Positions 63,009 to 64,000 of a DNA stretch of 64,000 nt are shown one piece after another. The stretch lies in the sequence record NC_041994.1; one strand, given 5' to 3'. Every line of letters begins with the position of its first letter. The first letter of the stretch is position 1. Below the pieces are notes generated by a model. It was not told the origin of the DNA and did not search any database. It saw only the letters and a program-made list of their open reading frames with translations. A program made the translations under genes and the position numbers.

Positions 63009-64000
63009 TTACGACAGGATACGGTTGAGCTTCCGGCTTGCCAACATGAAAAACTCTGCCAATGGATCGACCGGTACGATGTTCTCGAATCGCTTCTTGA
63101 ACTCGGTCGCCGCTGGGCTGTTGCACACTGGGCAGTTGTAGGAAGTGATGCCGGTCATCGCAACGAGGTTCTCGTCGATGTAGGCTTCAACCTTCTCGTT
63201 GAATTCAGTGATCAGCTCGTCCGAGGAATACACATCGGAAAGCATGTCGGCGATGAACTCCTTCTCTTTCGAGAGGATCACATAGCCTTCTGGTGTTGAC
63301 TCGTCGATATCGACGATGGCAGTAACCCAGTGAGCGTATTCACGCGCCGCGGTGGATTCGGCCAGCTGTTCGATAAAGGCTGCGCGGTTGCGGCCTTCTG
63401 GTGGTTCGTTGAATGCACCCTGCGACATCTCGATGATGCCGTTGAGCCAGGTGCGACCCAGGTCTTCGTGCTCGTAGACATCCGGGCAACCCAACAGGAA
63501 GCCCATCTGACCTACTTGGATCAGCTTCTCACGACCCAGGACGTGATGACCTTTGTAGGTATCGATGTCGTCTTTGGTGCGTGGTGCACGGGAGTCGATA
63601 CGATGCGACATATGGCGTTTCTGCCATGGCGTCAGCGCGTTGGTGTCAACCCACCAGAAGTTCACCACCTGGAACAGCTCTTTGGTGATGTGGTCGCATT
63701 TGCCGAGATCGGCAACGCACGGGTTGGCGTAGACGTAACCGGCTGGATACAGCGTAGCAGCCAGACCGATAATGATGCCCGGGATGTCACGGGTGTCGAT
63801 CATCGGCTTGAGGTCAGTCGGGGTAGTAAAGGCCACGTTGGCATTGGTGACGTGCTGGAGGGCAAAGTCAACCACGATGGTCTTGATGAAGTGCGAGACG
63901 TTGGAGAACGCCAGACCACGGGTTTCAGAACCCACGTTAACCTTGACGTTAGCCACGTCTTGGTTCATGGACGTCAGTGCGATCAGCGATGGTGCCTTGA
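63009..64000 (-). CDS. Virion/baseplate hub-like protein, 5'-truncated by window edge
   Basis: Frame is open to position 64000; C-terminal SYNCPVC zinc knuckle. Confidence 0.65.
   Translation of the reverse strand, partial: KAPSLIALTSMNQDVANVKVNVGSETRGLAFSNVSHFIKTIVVDFALQHVTNANVAFTTPTDLKPMIDTRDIPGIIIGLAATLYPAGYVYANPCVADLGKCDHITKELFQVVNFWWVDTNALTPWQKRHMSHRIDSRAPRTKDDIDTYKGHHVLGREKLIQVGQMGFLLGCPDVYEHEDLGRTWLNGIIEMSQGAFNEPPEGRNRAAFIEQLAESTAAREYAHWVTAIVDIDESTPEGYVILSKEKEFIADMLSDVYSSDELITEFNEKVEAYIDENLVAMTGITSYNCPVCNSPAATEFKKRFENIVPVDPLAEFFMLASRKLNRILS

Noticed and set aside
62986-63126. 5' part of the 198-aa minus ORF overlapping the upstream gene
   Set aside because: It overlaps a well-supported gene in another frame for most of its length, with no SD; a later start is more likely.
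1-64000. tRNA or rRNA genes
   Set aside because: No cloverleaf with a T-loop GTTCRA and acceptor stem was seen in any intergenic gap by eye; tRNAscan-SE would confirm.

Overview
This 64-kb window is a core segment of a phiKZ-like, nucleus-forming jumbo phage (Chimalliviridae). Evidence is the co-occurrence, in phiKZ-like order, of terminase large subunit, tail sheath and tube, tubulin PhuZ, split B-family DNA polymerase, chimallin (ChmA), SbcD-like nuclease, ChmC-like RNA-binding protein, gp68-like RNAP subunit, PicA-like import factor, three split beta/beta' subunits of the non-virion RNA polymerase and an SF2 helicase. phiKZ gp numbers are recalled synteny, not database hits. No tRNA, rRNA, CRISPR array or intact mobile element was seen. 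The most unusual signals are non-coding. (1) A + strand promoter-like motif, NCTATATCAY-N4-GTGA, occurs at 9 sites ahead of chmA, nvRNAP subunit genes and accessory genes. (2) A recurring hairpin, CCCU-N3/4-AGGA, buries the Shine-Dalgarno of accessory genes with a fixed C.A mismatch and co-varying outer pairs. (3) A CCCCTCCC/GGGAGGGG terminator family is flanked symmetrically by CATA/TATG. (4) A 21-nt TATG-containing repeat precedes structural genes. (5) There is a palindrome-dense intergenic island at 25.5 kb and a possible two-state RNA fold at 59.0 kb. Notable coding features are several microproteins missing from the ORF track, a QueC-like enzyme overlapping an 800-aa ORF by 239 nt, an orphan TAXI-type binding protein and an 8-kb accessory cassette between the terminase and the neighbouring virion genes. 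All functional interpretations of these elements are inference.
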